Positions 31,423-41,991 of a stretch of DNA of 64,000 nucleotides are shown piece by piece; position 1 is the first letter of the stretch; each line of letters starts with the position of its first letter. The position numbers and the translations under genes were made by a program. The stretch covers positions 66,441 to 130,440 of the forward strand of contig JAMWCL010000001.1 of the NCBI GenBank assembly GCA_023819035.1. The letters run 5' to 3'. Source of the DNA: Candidatus Omnitrophota bacterium. Its GTDB lineage: Bacteria; Omnitrophota; Gorgyraeia; Gygaellales; Profunditerraquicolaceae. The notes under the pieces are model-generated. The model had not been told where the DNA came from and did not search any database. It worked only from the letters and a program-made list of their open reading frames with translations.

Positions 31423-33603
31423 TTATATCAAAGGCTCCAAAGAAAGCACAGGATGTTCTACTTTCTTTAAAAAATCTAAGAGTTCCTCTAATGATACCGC
31501 TTTGGTCTCATCGGCAATCTTATCCAATAAATCTGGAATACCTAATTCCTGTGCACGTTGGTTAATCCGCTCCTCTAAAGCCTGCTTTAATTCCTTGGGC
31601 ATCCAGACTACCCGTTTAAGCCCTCCCTCTGCTAAGATAAATTTTTTACTCGTAATGTATAACCTGCCTATCCCTAAAAATCCTGGTGTCTGAACCCCTC
31701 CTCCTACAGAACCTGCTAATGTAGTAAAGGTCATTCCCAAGGGGGTCATTCCCGTATAATCACGACTCACAATCATCACCCCGTTTGTTTCCGGTATTAT
31801 TGCCACAATACACTCAAAGCAACCACAAGAAGACTGAGGTGAATCCATCAGTGAATACATGCTTACCTTCTGAATGGTTTTATTAGATTTTTGATATACA
31901 AAATCATTGATACTCTTCCATTGTCCAAGCTTTTCATCAAGTATCGGACCTTTTTGTATAGGTTGATTTGGCCCAGAGGGCATAATCTCATAGGAAGCCT
32001 TGGCATCTAACCAAGAATATGCCCCACATAGACCTAAACGTTCAGGGGTAATGATACAAACATGATTGGGAGCAAAGGACTGGCATAAAAGGCAAGAATA
32101 AAAGGTATCCACCGCCTCATCACTCATTCCGCTAATACGTTCATCGCGTTCAGTAAATGTTTTTTTGGCTTCTTCCAGAAGCCTCTGTACATCCTCCTGT
32201 TTTGTGTAAAGCTTAACCTGAACCTTATCTACAATTGCACCGTATTCCTGATGAAGCATAGCATGCAGGATAATCCCTATATGCTTAAGCCGGAAGCCTT
32301 TATTAAAGGCATCCTTACTTATTCTAATCCAGTTCATATCTCGCTGGCCGATATGCATAAGCCCCATCGCATAGTTTATAAAACGATGAACCTGACGCTC
32401 TAATATGGGTTCAAAATCCTTCTGCATCTTTCTTCCATAGACCTCGACAATAATTGCTAAGGGCATAGAATATTTATCCTTTTCTAACTCATCGATATCC
32501 GGACCAAATAGCTCAATCTTGCCATCCTCTACCTCTTCCGATTTTCTGGTTACCAGATACTCAAAAGAAAGACTACTTTTGCCTCCAAATTCTACATAGA
32601 GATTCTCTTTTCTTACCCGCTCTCCTTCAAAAGCAGCTGCATAAGGCACAGGGATAGGTATTTGTGTAACCTTGACCTTTATCCCCCTTACCTCAATACA
32701 CCGAGAAACTATCTTCTTATAATCTAACTCCTTAACCAATGCCTCGTAGGTAGTTATCCCTGAAGGTTTTATCTGCGGTATATCCGTATCCGCAATAATC
32801 GGAAATCCCATACTTATTGCTCCTGCACCGGTGGCATACTTTATCTCATCAACCTCACCTAAAACCAAACCAAAAGCAAATACACGTTCTTTAGTATATA
32901 AAAGACATTTTTGCGCCTGCCCCGGCTTAATCCCTCCAAAGGTTAATGCGGAGCGGATAGCCCAGTTTAAAGGATAGATTGCAGAAAGGGTATCCCTACC
33001 ATAAGGCACAATATAATTATCCCAGCCCATCTGGACATTCTCCTCTAAAAGCTGATCAATAATTGAGCGACCGTTAACTGAAGAACCTACAAAGACTAAG
33101 ATATTTCTTCCCTGGAGCTGTCTTACTATATCTACAGCAATCTGATTATTTGGGGCAGCCCCTAATATCGCTGCAAACCCCGGCATGCGACCATCAACTA
33201 ACTGGATACCCAAAGAACGCATAATTGTATCCGTAAAAAATCCCTGGCAATCCTTCTGTGGTTCTTCTCTATAAAGATAGCGTAAAGCCATAATAATCTC
33301 TTCACAGAGCAAAGTGGCAATACCTGCATTTAAAGTATCCCCTAAATAAGGAAGCCAAATCCTTTCTGTAGGTAGATTAGGTAATAAAGATTTAGCATGT
33401 TCTAAAATCGGCACAACCTCCTTTAATCTCTCTACCTTCAGCCCTAATAATGCATTTGCCATAGGAAGATAAAAAGCAGTCTCAGGAAAACCTATCTTCT
33501 GCTCTTGACCTTTTTCTTTAATTGCCTTATCTAAAAATTCCTTTGCCTGGTTAAAAATAACCCACGCACCTTTGATTGCTGAGCTTGCCACCAATTTAGA
33601 CAT
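31423..33603 (-). CDS. acsB: acetyl-CoA synthase (CODH/ACS complex A-cluster subunit, AcsB/CdhC type)
   Basis: 726 aa; A-cluster Cys-Gly-Cys motif SSCGCFEC with upstream Cys ligands (CLLCQSF, CIITPERLGLCG). Confidence 0.85.
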   Translation of the reverse strand: MSKLVASSAIKGAWVIFNQAKEFLDKAIKEKGQEQKIGFPETAFYLPMANALLGLKVERLKEVVPILEHAKSLLPNLPTERIWLPYLGDTLNAGIATLLCEEIIMALRYLYREEPQKDCQGFFTDTIMRSLGIQLVDGRMPGFAAILGAAPNNQIAVDIVRQLQGRNILVFVGSSVNGRSIIDQLLEENVQMGWDNYIVPYGRDTLSAIYPLNWAIRSALTFGGIKPGQAQKCLLYTKERVFAFGLVLGEVDEIKYATGAGAISMGFPIIADTDIPQIKPSGITTYEALVKELDYKKIVSRCIEVRGIKVKVTQIPIPVPYAAAFEGERVRKENLYVEFGGKSSLSFEYLVTRKSEEVEDGKIELFGPDIDELEKDKYSMPLAIIVEVYGRKMQKDFEPILERQVHRFINYAMGLMHIGQRDMNWIRISKDAFNKGFRLKHIGIILHAMLHQEYGAIVDKVQVKLYTKQEDVQRLLEEAKKTFTERDERISGMSDEAVDTFYSCLLCQSFAPNHVCIITPERLGLCGAYSWLDAKASYEIMPSGPNQPIQKGPILDEKLGQWKSINDFVYQKSNKTIQKVSMYSLMDSPQSSCGCFECIVAIIPETNGVMIVSRDYTGMTPLGMTFTTLAGSVGGGVQTPGFLGIGRLYITSKKFILAEGGLKRVVWMPKELKQALEERINQRAQELGIPDLLDKIADETKAVSLEELLDFLKKVEHPVLSLEPLI

Positions 33604-34861
33604 AGAGATTCTCCTTTTGATTTACTAAATCCATAATCTCTGGATAACCAAAATTTTCATTAAGGAGCTTATCCTTTAAACTACTGATATTTATCCTCTC
33701 TCTAATTAATCTTAGAAAGACCCCGCTATTTCTAATATCTCCTACTAAGACTGCACCTACTAAATAGTTATCTTTTAAGATAAGCTTCTTATAGATATTT
33801 TGCTTTTCATCCAAGAACTTTATCTCTTCAAAATTAGGATCATCCTCCTTTATCTTAAATATCCCTAATGAGACGACTGCCAGACCAAAGAATTCTAAGG
33901 AATTCATCCCTAAAGAGCCTTGATATTTTAAACCTTGGCCCGTCATATTCTGACCCGCAACCCTTCCCTGTTCTACCGCAATTGGCCAGAGTGCATTTAC
34001 CGAAGGCGCATTTAGGACTAAATCGAACCCCTCACAAACATCCCCAGCAGTATAAATATTAGGGATATTTGTCTGAAGAAACTCGTTAGCAATGATTCCT
34101 TCTCTAACATTAATGGGTGTATCTTTTACTAAATCTGTGTTAGGAGATACTCCCTTTGCAACAATTACTAAGGAACAGCCAATCACCTTTCCTGAATCTA
34201 ACTTTATCGCCTTTAGCTCTCCATCACCAATGATCTCGACTGCATCTTGACCAAAAATCAACTCAATACCATTCTCTTCTATTTTTTTCTGAACAAAACC
34301 CGCTGCTTTATAATCAAGCATCTGGGATAATACCTGTTTAGACTTTACGATTAGCTTCACCTCAATATTTCTTTTCTTTAAAGCATAAGCTGCCTTAAGC
34401 CCAATAAGACCTCCTCCTAAGATACAAGCATTCTTTGCTACCGGAAGTATCTTTTCAATTTCCTTAACATCCTTTATAGTGCGGAAGCCAAAGACATTTC
34501 TTTTCTTAATCCCCGCCAGATGAGGAAACTTGGGTGAAGCACCCGTAGCAATAAGTAAGGAATCATAACTAAGTTGAGATTTATCCTCTAAGATAATTCG
34601 ATTCCTCTTGGGTTCAACACGCATAACCTTTCTATTTAAGCGAAGTTCTATATTATTTTCTTTGTAGAAACTTTCTGAGCGATATAATAATTTCTCCTCC
34701 CTGACCTGCCCGGCTAGATAATAAGAAATAAGACAACGGTAATAACTGGGGTAGTCCTCATCGGAAATAACGATTATCTTCGATGTCTTATCTACCTTAC
34801 GAATCGCTTCTACTGCTGAGATCCCTGCTGCCGAATTGCCGATAACTACTAATTGTTTCAT
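33596..34861 (-). CDS. FAD-dependent NAD(P)-disulfide oxidoreductase family protein (CODH-associated FNOR/Nox-like)
   Basis: 421 aa; N-terminal Rossmann VVIGNSAAG; second dinucleotide fold ILGGGLIGLKAA; Nox-like Cys in SYYRCLISYY. Confidence 0.75.
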   Translation of the reverse strand: MKQLVVIGNSAAGISAVEAIRKVDKTSKIIVISDEDYPSYYRCLISYYLAGQVREEKLLYRSESFYKENNIELRLNRKVMRVEPKRNRIILEDKSQLSYDSLLIATGASPKFPHLAGIKKRNVFGFRTIKDVKEIEKILPVAKNACILGGGLIGLKAAYALKKRNIEVKLIVKSKQVLSQMLDYKAAGFVQKKIEENGIELIFGQDAVEIIGDGELKAIKLDSGKVIGCSLVIVAKGVSPNTDLVKDTPINVREGIIANEFLQTNIPNIYTAGDVCEGFDLVLNAPSVNALWPIAVEQGRVAGQNMTGQGLKYQGSLGMNSLEFFGLAVVSLGIFKIKEDDPNFEEIKFLDEKQNIYKKLILKDNYLVGAVLVGDIRNSGVFLRLIRERINISSLKDKLLNENFGYPEIMDLVNQKENLYV

Positions 34862-35295
34862 GCTTCTTCCTTCCAGATAACTGCACCAGTTGGGCAGGCA
34901 CTTACACAGGCAGGCTCATCCTTATCTTTACATTTATCACAACGTAAAGGAAGTTTAGTCTTAATATTTGGTCTTATCGCTCCATACGGACAGACCATTA
35001 CACACATCCAACAGCCTACACAACTGCTCTCATCATGTAAAACCATACCTTTTTCTTTATCATAAGTTAAAGCTCCTGCCATACAAGCATCTACACACTT
35101 GGGTTCTCTACAGTGTCGACAGGAGACAGGGTAATTATTCCCTTTAGAAAAAAGGACTTTTTTTCGAGGAAGCGAGGGGTCTTCTTTATTTATCTCCTTA
35201 AAAAGCTCTCCGGTTAAAGAATGTGTTAAGGCACAGGCGAACTCACAGGACTTACAACCTAAACATTTCTTAACCTCATAATAAAGTTGCTTCAT
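34858..35295 (-). CDS. cooF: 4Fe-4S ferredoxin, CooF-like electron-transfer subunit
   Basis: 145 aa; four Cys clusters (CLGCKSCEFAC, CRHCREPKCVDAC, CVGCWMCVMVCP, CDKC...CVSACP). Confidence 0.75.
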   Translation of the reverse strand: MKQLYYEVKKCLGCKSCEFACALTHSLTGELFKEINKEDPSLPRKKVLFSKGNNYPVSCRHCREPKCVDACMAGALTYDKEKGMVLHDESSCVGCWMCVMVCPYGAIRPNIKTKLPLRCDKCKDKDEPACVSACPTGAVIWKEEA

Positions 35296-35297
35296 CT

Positions 35298-37205
35298 TTA
35301 TTGATACATTAAAGGCCTTAGATGCAAAGCCTTTCTTTTTCTATCGATATGTTCGATCATAAGGGTTGCCATCTGAAGAGGATCATCGCAGAATTCAAAT
35401 CTTCCTCCCACAAAAGACTCTAAATCTTTGGTAAGATAATTAGTAAGGTTCTTGCTTCCTAAAACTGCAAAAGGGCTTGCGCCAAATACCGTGTAGACCC
35501 CCGAAGCTACAAAGTAAAATCCAATGGTAATTGCCTTCTCAGACATCCATTCGGGAGCTGCTCCCGCCGCTGGGATATCCGAAAGATCCTCTCCTAAACC
35601 ACCCTCTTGGATTATGCAGGAAGCAGCGGTTAAAATCCTTGAATTATCCACACAAGAACCCAGATGTAAAACTGGAGGAATGCCTACTGCCTCACAGATC
35701 TCCTGTAATCCTTTACCTGCGTATTCCTTAGCTGCCTCAGGTATAAGCAGACCCTGCTTTGCGCAGGCAATGGCAGAACAGCCTGTCTGCAGGACCAGAA
35801 TATCATTCTTAATAAGTTCCTTAACTAAGGTTGTATGAAAATAATCGTGGGTCTGTTTAGGATTATTACAACCCACTATCCCTGCTAACCCCCGTAATCT
35901 TCCTGAGATGATTGCTTCATTTAAAGGTTTATAGGTAGCGCGGTATCTACCACCTAAGATCTGAAAGATCACCTCTTTGGTAAAACCGGCAACTAAATCC
36001 ATCTCATATTTAGGAATATTTACCCGCTCTTTATTCCGATTTACAAAGTTTTCTATCCCTAATCTAATAATCTGCTTAGCTACCTGATAAGCCCTTTCTG
36101 GTTGAAACTCTACATGTAATACACCCGGAAACCGTGCCTTAGGATTAGTGGTGACTAACTTTGTATGATAACAGCTGGCAATATTCTGTAAAGCAGGCAT
36201 AATACACTGGACATCTACCATCATTACCTCTACCGCACCAGTAATTATGGCTAACTCCTGCTGTAAGAAATTTCCTGCAACCGGAATCCCATGACGCATT
36301 AAAACCTCATTGGCAGTACAGCAGATACCCGCCAGGTTTATCCCCTCTGCTCCATTTTCACGGGCTAACCTTAATAATTCGGGATCTTGGCTTGCCTTTA
36401 CCGCCATCTCCGAGAGTATCGGTTCATGACCATGCACTACAATATTCACATAATTTTCCTTTAAAACCCCTAAATTCACCTTTCCCCGCACAGGTTGAGG
36501 ACTTCCTAAGATTATATCTTGTAAGTCCGTAGCAATCATCGAACCACCCCAACCATCAGATAAGGCACAGCGTAAACCGGTATTTATAAGATTCTTGTAA
36601 TCATTATCTACGCCCATGGTGGTAGTATGTAATAATTCTACTATCTCACGGTCGATCCCCCGTGGACTAATCCCTAATTTTTTCCATATTTGTTGACGTT
36701 TTTTAGGTGCACGTTTTAGAAACAAAAGCTCTCCTTCCTGTTTCCCAAACTCCGCAAAAAATCTTTTTGCCAATTCCTTAGCTATCTCTTCCTTAGATTT
36801 ATTAGTATCTATCCCTAACTCCTCAGCCAAGGATTTAAACTTTTCAAGATCCAAAATATCATAATCATGGGCATGGCCTTCAGAGAATAAAGCCAAGGTA
36901 TGTACGACATCCCTTCCATGATCGGAGTGTGCAGAAGCACCCACCGCAATCTTACGCACAAGATTTCTCGCTGCAATCGTATCCGCATTCGCACCGCAGA
37001 CCCCTTCTTGAGCACCTTCGCCAAAAGGATCAATGCGACAAGGACCCATATTACAGACTGTACAACATAAGCCTAATTGCCCAAAACCACATTGTGGCTT
37101 CTGTACTTCTAATCTATCCCAAGAAGTCTTTATACTTTCCTCTCTGGCTTTCCTTAAAGCCTCTTGGGAAGCTAAATCTATAGATTTTGCCTGAATATCT
37201 GCCAT
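35298..37205 (-). CDS. cooS: anaerobic carbon-monoxide dehydrogenase catalytic subunit
   Basis: 635 aa; N-terminal B/D-cluster Cys motifs (CGFGQLGLCCTVCNMGPC); C-cluster region. Confidence 0.9.
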   Translation of the reverse strand: MADIQAKSIDLASQEALRKAREESIKTSWDRLEVQKPQCGFGQLGLCCTVCNMGPCRIDPFGEGAQEGVCGANADTIAARNLVRKIAVGASAHSDHGRDVVHTLALFSEGHAHDYDILDLEKFKSLAEELGIDTNKSKEEIAKELAKRFFAEFGKQEGELLFLKRAPKKRQQIWKKLGISPRGIDREIVELLHTTTMGVDNDYKNLINTGLRCALSDGWGGSMIATDLQDIILGSPQPVRGKVNLGVLKENYVNIVVHGHEPILSEMAVKASQDPELLRLARENGAEGINLAGICCTANEVLMRHGIPVAGNFLQQELAIITGAVEVMMVDVQCIMPALQNIASCYHTKLVTTNPKARFPGVLHVEFQPERAYQVAKQIIRLGIENFVNRNKERVNIPKYEMDLVAGFTKEVIFQILGGRYRATYKPLNEAIISGRLRGLAGIVGCNNPKQTHDYFHTTLVKELIKNDILVLQTGCSAIACAKQGLLIPEAAKEYAGKGLQEICEAVGIPPVLHLGSCVDNSRILTAASCIIQEGGLGEDLSDIPAAGAAPEWMSEKAITIGFYFVASGVYTVFGASPFAVLGSKNLTNYLTKDLESFVGGRFEFCDDPLQMATLMIEHIDRKRKALHLRPLMYQ

Positions 37206-37222
37206 CCTCCTCCTCCATCGTT

Positions 37223-38092
37223 TTATAGACCTGCGGCATCCAAAACTAAAGGGACCTTCTTATCCCAACCAATGGGCATGATATGTACCCCTTGACACAT
37301 CGACCTTAATCCTTTAATCAATCTGGCAGCAATCTCAATTGATTTCTGAGACTTATCCTTGGCTTCCTCCATCTCCTTAATTAAATCCTCGGGGACAAAG
37401 ACCCCACTAACATTTTTATTCATATAGCGTGCCATGCCCGCAGACTTTAAAAGCACGATTCCTGCTAAAATCGTAGTCTTTAGATGCTTAATCTTACTTA
37501 AAAAATTCTCAAAGACCTTAATATCGTAGACTGCCTGGGTTTGAAAAAACTCTGCCCCTGCTTCCAGTTTCTTCTCCATCTTGATAATCTGCGGTTCAAG
37601 GGGGTCTGCTCCTGGATTTACTACCGCCCCTAAACAGAATTTAGGAGGAACTCCTTCAAGTTTATTCCCTTTCATATCAAAACCCTCAGTAAGTCTTTTC
37701 GCTACCTGGAGTAACTGTACAGAATCCAGGTCAAATACCGGCTTTGCTTCTGGATGATCCCCTAAATAGGGGTGATCTCCGGTTAAGATTAAAACATTCT
37801 CAATTCCTAAGGCGGAGGCAGAAAGTAAATCGGATTGCAATGCCAACCTGTTCCTATCTCGGCAGGTCAACTGATATATCGGTTCAAATCCTTTTTGTTT
37901 AAGCAAAGCGCAGACCGCTAAAGAACCTAAACGCATAACCGAGCTCTGCAGATCGGTAACATTTATGGCATCTACCCGACCGCGCAAAAGCTCGGCATCT
38001 TCTAAGATAGTTTCGGTATGAATCCCTTTAGGTGGACCGATCTCAGAGGTAATCAAAAATTTACCTCCCATAATCTTCTCTTTAAAGCTCAT
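37223..38092 (-). CDS. metF: 5,10-methylenetetrahydrofolate reductase
   Basis: 289 aa; MetF TIM-barrel family. Confidence 0.8.
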   Translation of the reverse strand: MSFKEKIMGGKFLITSEIGPPKGIHTETILEDAELLRGRVDAINVTDLQSSVMRLGSLAVCALLKQKGFEPIYQLTCRDRNRLALQSDLLSASALGIENVLILTGDHPYLGDHPEAKPVFDLDSVQLLQVAKRLTEGFDMKGNKLEGVPPKFCLGAVVNPGADPLEPQIIKMEKKLEAGAEFFQTQAVYDIKVFENFLSKIKHLKTTILAGIVLLKSAGMARYMNKNVSGVFVPEDLIKEMEEAKDKSQKSIEIAARLIKGLRSMCQGVHIMPIGWDKKVPLVLDAAGL

Positions 38093-38135
38093 CTTATTTT
38101 TAATCCTTTCTTTCTAAGTCTTCTTCAAATTTATT

Positions 38136-38978
38136 TTATATCTGCATCCTCACTGCTTCGATTAGATTACGCATAAGCATGGTTACCGTTAAAGGGCCTA
38201 CGCCTCCAGGAACCGGGGTAATCCAAGCAGCGCGTTTCTGGGCTTCCTCAAACTCCACATCCCCTACAATCTTATCTCCTAAGCGGTTAATCCCCACATC
38301 AATCACGATAGCATCCTGCCTAATCCAATTACCCTTAATTACCCCCGCCTTACCCACTGCTACAATCAAAATCTCCGCATCTTTTACATGCTCTTCTAAT
38401 CTTCCTGCCTGAGAGGTGGCAATATGACAGACGGTAACCGTAGCAAATTTATTTAAGAGTAAAAGGCTTAAAGGCTTGCCCACTATCTCACTATGACCCA
38501 CCACCACTACTTCCTTTCCATAAAGGTCTAGCTTGATAGAATTCAATAATTCCATCACTGCGGAAGGAGTGCAAGGTAAGAGTTCAGCCTTTCCGAATAA
38601 TAATTTACCAATATTTTTTGGATGCATACCTTCCACATCTTTCTCAGGCAGGATATATTGGCTTATCTTTTTATAATCAATCTGGTTGGGGAAAGGCATC
38701 TGAATAATTATACCGTGGACAGAATTATCAGAATTTAGCTTATTAATAAATTCAATAAGCGCCTCTTCGGTGATATTCTGATTTAATCTATGTAGCTGAT
38801 AGATAACCCCCAGGCTTTCGGCAGTCTTTTGTTGAGATTTTATATATACCTCACTAGAAGAATTCTCTCCTACAAGGATACTGGCTAAAACAGGTCTAAT
38901 CTTAAGATTCTGTATCTCTTTTCTAAGCTCCTCTTTAATCCTCTCGGCAATAGGTCTACCCTCTAATAATCTTGCCAA
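38136..38978 (-). CDS. folD: bifunctional methylene-THF dehydrogenase / methenyl-THF cyclohydrolase
   Basis: 280 aa; VVVGHSEIVGKP, TPVPGGVGP motifs. Confidence 0.9.
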   Translation of the reverse strand: MARLLEGRPIAERIKEELRKEIQNLKIRPVLASILVGENSSSEVYIKSQQKTAESLGVIYQLHRLNQNITEEALIEFINKLNSDNSVHGIIIQMPFPNQIDYKKISQYILPEKDVEGMHPKNIGKLLFGKAELLPCTPSAVMELLNSIKLDLYGKEVVVVGHSEIVGKPLSLLLLNKFATVTVCHIATSQAGRLEEHVKDAEILIVAVGKAGVIKGNWIRQDAIVIDVGINRLGDKIVGDVEFEEAQKRAAWITPVPGGVGPLTVTMLMRNLIEAVRMQI

Positions 38979-39516
38979 TCTCCTCCTCCGTCTTTAACCT
39001 TATCTTCTTTATCTGTTTTAATTTCCTTTTAAATTCTTTATTTATTTTTAAAGATAAACCTTTATCTTTTAAAGACCTCAGGTTAATTAAAATATTAAAA
39101 TAGGCACTGGCAAAACCTGCTTCTAATAAGATGGCTGCTACCGCGAGGTCACTGATAAGATTGACATTTGCTTTTTTAATTAAAGTTGGGCAAAATTCTA
39201 TGCCCTTAAAACAAAGGTCAGCGGTCCTTAGCGGCACCTTTAAGGCTTTCTTTATATTTTTAGACTTATAAGCTAAAACATCCAAATCTACCAACCTTAA
39301 GAATTCCTTTCTTAAATTTTCCGAATTCCTTAAAATAAACCTTAGCTCATTTTCATATCTGGCATAGCGGGATTTCCCTAAGGTAAAATTTATCACCATA
39401 CTGATTAAAGAAACACCCAGCGCTGCCGAGAGCGCAGATGCAGAACCTCCGCCTGGGGCGGGTAATTTTGCCGAAAGATCATCTAAGTATTTTTTTAGGG
39501 TGCTATCTTTATACAT
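38956..39516 (-). CDS. fchA: methenyltetrahydrofolate cyclohydrolase (FchA / cyclodeaminase-domain protein)
   Basis: 186 aa; PAPGGGSASALSAALG, the FTCD_C / FchA signature. Confidence 0.75.
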   Translation of the reverse strand: MYKDSTLKKYLDDLSAKLPAPGGGSASALSAALGVSLISMVINFTLGKSRYARYENELRFILRNSENLRKEFLRLVDLDVLAYKSKNIKKALKVPLRTADLCFKGIEFCPTLIKKANVNLISDLAVAAILLEAGFASAYFNILINLRSLKDKGLSLKINKEFKRKLKQIKKIRLKTEEEIGKIIRG

Positions 39517-39520
39517 CTTA

Positions 39521-41215
39521 TTAAAATAAACCTACAATATTTCCTTTTTCATCTATATCAATATTCTCGCCTGCAGGATGGGTAGGTAAGCCCGGCATAG
39601 TACGCATATCTCCACATAAAGGATAAAGAAACCCCGCACCGATAGAAGCCCGGATATCTCTAACCGGTAAGATAAAATCCTTAGGCCTTCCTTTTAGATT
39701 GGGATCGTGTGATAATGAAAGATGGGTCTTTGCCATACAGATAGGCAATCTATCCCAGCCATAATCAGTATAGAGCTTAATCTTGGATTCTGCTAATTCT
39801 GAATACTGAACATCCTTAGCTCCGTAGATCTTGGTAGCAATGATCTTTATCTTTTCTTTTATGGGAATATCTAAGGGATAAAGAAATCGAAAATTCTTAG
39901 GTTGGTTTGATGCCTTAATTACTGCCTTGGCTAAATCCAAACCCCCTTTTGAACCCTTAAGCCAGACCTCGCTTATCTGACAATCATCTGCCCCTAACTC
40001 TACTGCCCTTTTCTTTACCAATTCTATCTCTTTATCAGTATCGGATGCGAATTTATTTATTGCCACTACTAAAGGAAGACCAAAGAGTTTAATATTTTCT
40101 ATATGCTTGGCCAGATTACAGATCCCTTCTTCCAAGGCAGGAAGATTTTCATTAGTTAAATCCTTATCAAGGGGTTTTCCTGCCACTACCTTAAATCTAC
40201 CACTATGTGCCTTTAAGGCACGAATAGAACAAACGATTACACAAGCATCAGGTATAAGACCACTTACCCGACATTTTATATCAAAGAACTTCTCTGCTCC
40301 ACAATCTGCTCCAAAACCTGCCTCAGTAACCACAAACTCTGATAAAGCCAAGGCTATTCTATCTGCAAGAATAGAATTATTTCCATGGGCGATATTGGCA
40401 AAAGGACCCCCATGGACAAAACAAGGGGTATTCTCAATAGTCTGAATTAAGTTCGGTTTTATGGCATCCTTTAAAAGCACTGCCATACTCCCGGCAACCT
40501 TTATATCTTCGGGGGTAACCGGCTTTCCTTCATAGGTATAGGCTAAGACAATCCTAGCTAAGCGATTACGTAAGTCCTTAAGAGACTTACTTAAAGCCAA
40601 GATGGCCATAACCTCAGAGGCTACCGTAATATCAAAACCCGAATCCCGGGGTATGCCATCATCTTCTCCACCCAAACCAATCCTTACATTCCTTAGAAAC
40701 CTATCACTTACATCAATAACCCTGCGCCAACTAATTGTTTCAGGATTAATTCTTAAGGGGTTGCCTTTAAAAATAGAGTTATCTAAATAAGCTGCGGCAA
40801 GATTATGAGCAAGACCTACTGCATGCACATCTCCCGTAAAATGCAAATTAAAATCCTCCATGGGAAGAACCTGAGAATACCCTCCACCACTGGCTCCTCC
40901 TTTTATTCCAAATACCGGACCTAATGAGGGCTGTCTTAAGCAGGTAGAGGTAAGCCTGCCTAATCTATTTAAAGCCATAGAAAGACCGATGGTGGTAACG
41001 GTCTTTCCTTCGCCTAAAGGGGTAGGGGTAATAGCGGTAACCAGGATGTATTTACCTTTTGGTCTATCCTTTATCTCATCTAAGATACCTAAATCAATCT
41101 TAGCAATATATCTTCCGTAAGGGATAATATATCTTTTATTAATCCTTAATCTTCTGGCAATCTTTTCTATGGGTTCTTTCTTTGCAGCTTGGGCAATCTG
41201 AATATCAGAAAGCAT
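39521..41215 (-). CDS. fhs: formate--tetrahydrofolate ligase
   Basis: 564 aa; TPLGEGKTTTTIGL P-loop typical of Fhs. Confidence 0.9.
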   Translation of the reverse strand: MLSDIQIAQAAKKEPIEKIARRLRINKRYIIPYGRYIAKIDLGILDEIKDRPKGKYILVTAITPTPLGEGKTVTTIGLSMALNRLGRLTSTCLRQPSLGPVFGIKGGASGGGYSQVLPMEDFNLHFTGDVHAVGLAHNLAAAYLDNSIFKGNPLRINPETISWRRVIDVSDRFLRNVRIGLGGEDDGIPRDSGFDITVASEVMAILALSKSLKDLRNRLARIVLAYTYEGKPVTPEDIKVAGSMAVLLKDAIKPNLIQTIENTPCFVHGGPFANIAHGNNSILADRIALALSEFVVTEAGFGADCGAEKFFDIKCRVSGLIPDACVIVCSIRALKAHSGRFKVVAGKPLDKDLTNENLPALEEGICNLAKHIENIKLFGLPLVVAINKFASDTDKEIELVKKRAVELGADDCQISEVWLKGSKGGLDLAKAVIKASNQPKNFRFLYPLDIPIKEKIKIIATKIYGAKDVQYSELAESKIKLYTDYGWDRLPICMAKTHLSLSHDPNLKGRPKDFILPVRDIRASIGAGFLYPLCGDMRTMPGLPTHPAGENIDIDEKGNIVGLF

Positions 41216-41231
41216 AGGAAACTTTTAAAAT

Positions 41232-41612
41232 CTAATAGAGAAAATCTGTATCTAATTCAAAGGCATTTTTGAATAAATCCAAAGAGATTAAAGGTCTCGA
41301 ATATAATATACAGACAACATCAAAGCGCACCTTCTTTTCTAAGAGATTTTTTTTCTTTAAGAATTCCAAGGCGACCTTAAAGATCTGTCTTTTTTTCTCA
41401 GGTAATATTGCTTCTTGCGGCAAACCGAACCTATCCGAATGGCGTGTTTTTACCTCTACAAAACAGATAGTATCCTTCTCCTTAGCAATAATATCAACCT
41501 CACCTAATCTGGTTTTATAATTTCTAAATAAGATCTTATAGCCTTTTTGTCTTAATAAATCCACTGCCAGATCCTCTCCCGTCCTTCCTAAGAATAATCC
41601 CTGTTTAGACAT
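41232..41612 (-). CDS. YraN family (UPF0102) endonuclease-like protein
   Basis: 126 aa; GEVDIIA...FVEVKTR pattern. Confidence 0.7.
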   Translation of the reverse strand: MSKQGLFLGRTGEDLAVDLLRQKGYKILFRNYKTRLGEVDIIAKEKDTICFVEVKTRHSDRFGLPQEAILPEKKRQIFKVALEFLKKKNLLEKKVRFDVVCILYSRPLISLDLFKNAFELDTDFLY

Positions 41613-41626
41613 GAGTATAACAATAG

Positions 41627-41989
41627 CTAAACCTTTCTCTCTTCAGCCTGTGCTTCAATCCTGGTAGCTTTTTTACCGATCTTACTTCTTAGATAGTAAA
41701 GCCTTGCCCTCTTGACCTTGCCTGAACGCACTACCTCGATACGCTCGATATTGGGGGAATATAAAGGAAAGATCCGCTCGATTCCTTCTCCATAAGAGAT
41801 CTTCCTTACCGTAAAGGTGCTTCTTATTCCACTGCCTTGCTTGGCAATGACTATCCCTTCAAAAGGATGCAGACGCACCTTATCTTGACCTTCTTCGATC
41901 CTTACCATTACCCTAACTGTATCACCTACATTAAACTTGGGGATTTCTTTTTTGGTATACTCTTGCTCAATGAGTTTTATCTTATCCAT
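41627..41989 (-). CDS. rplS: 50S ribosomal protein L19
   Basis: 120 aa; FNVGDTVRV...GEGIERIFP.. matches the L19 family. Confidence 0.9.
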   Translation of the reverse strand: MDKIKLIEQEYTKKEIPKFNVGDTVRVMVRIEEGQDKVRLHPFEGIVIAKQGSGIRSTFTVRKISYGEGIERIFPLYSPNIERIEVVRSGKVKRARLYYLRSKIGKKATRIEAQAEERKV

Positions 41990-41991
41990 CT

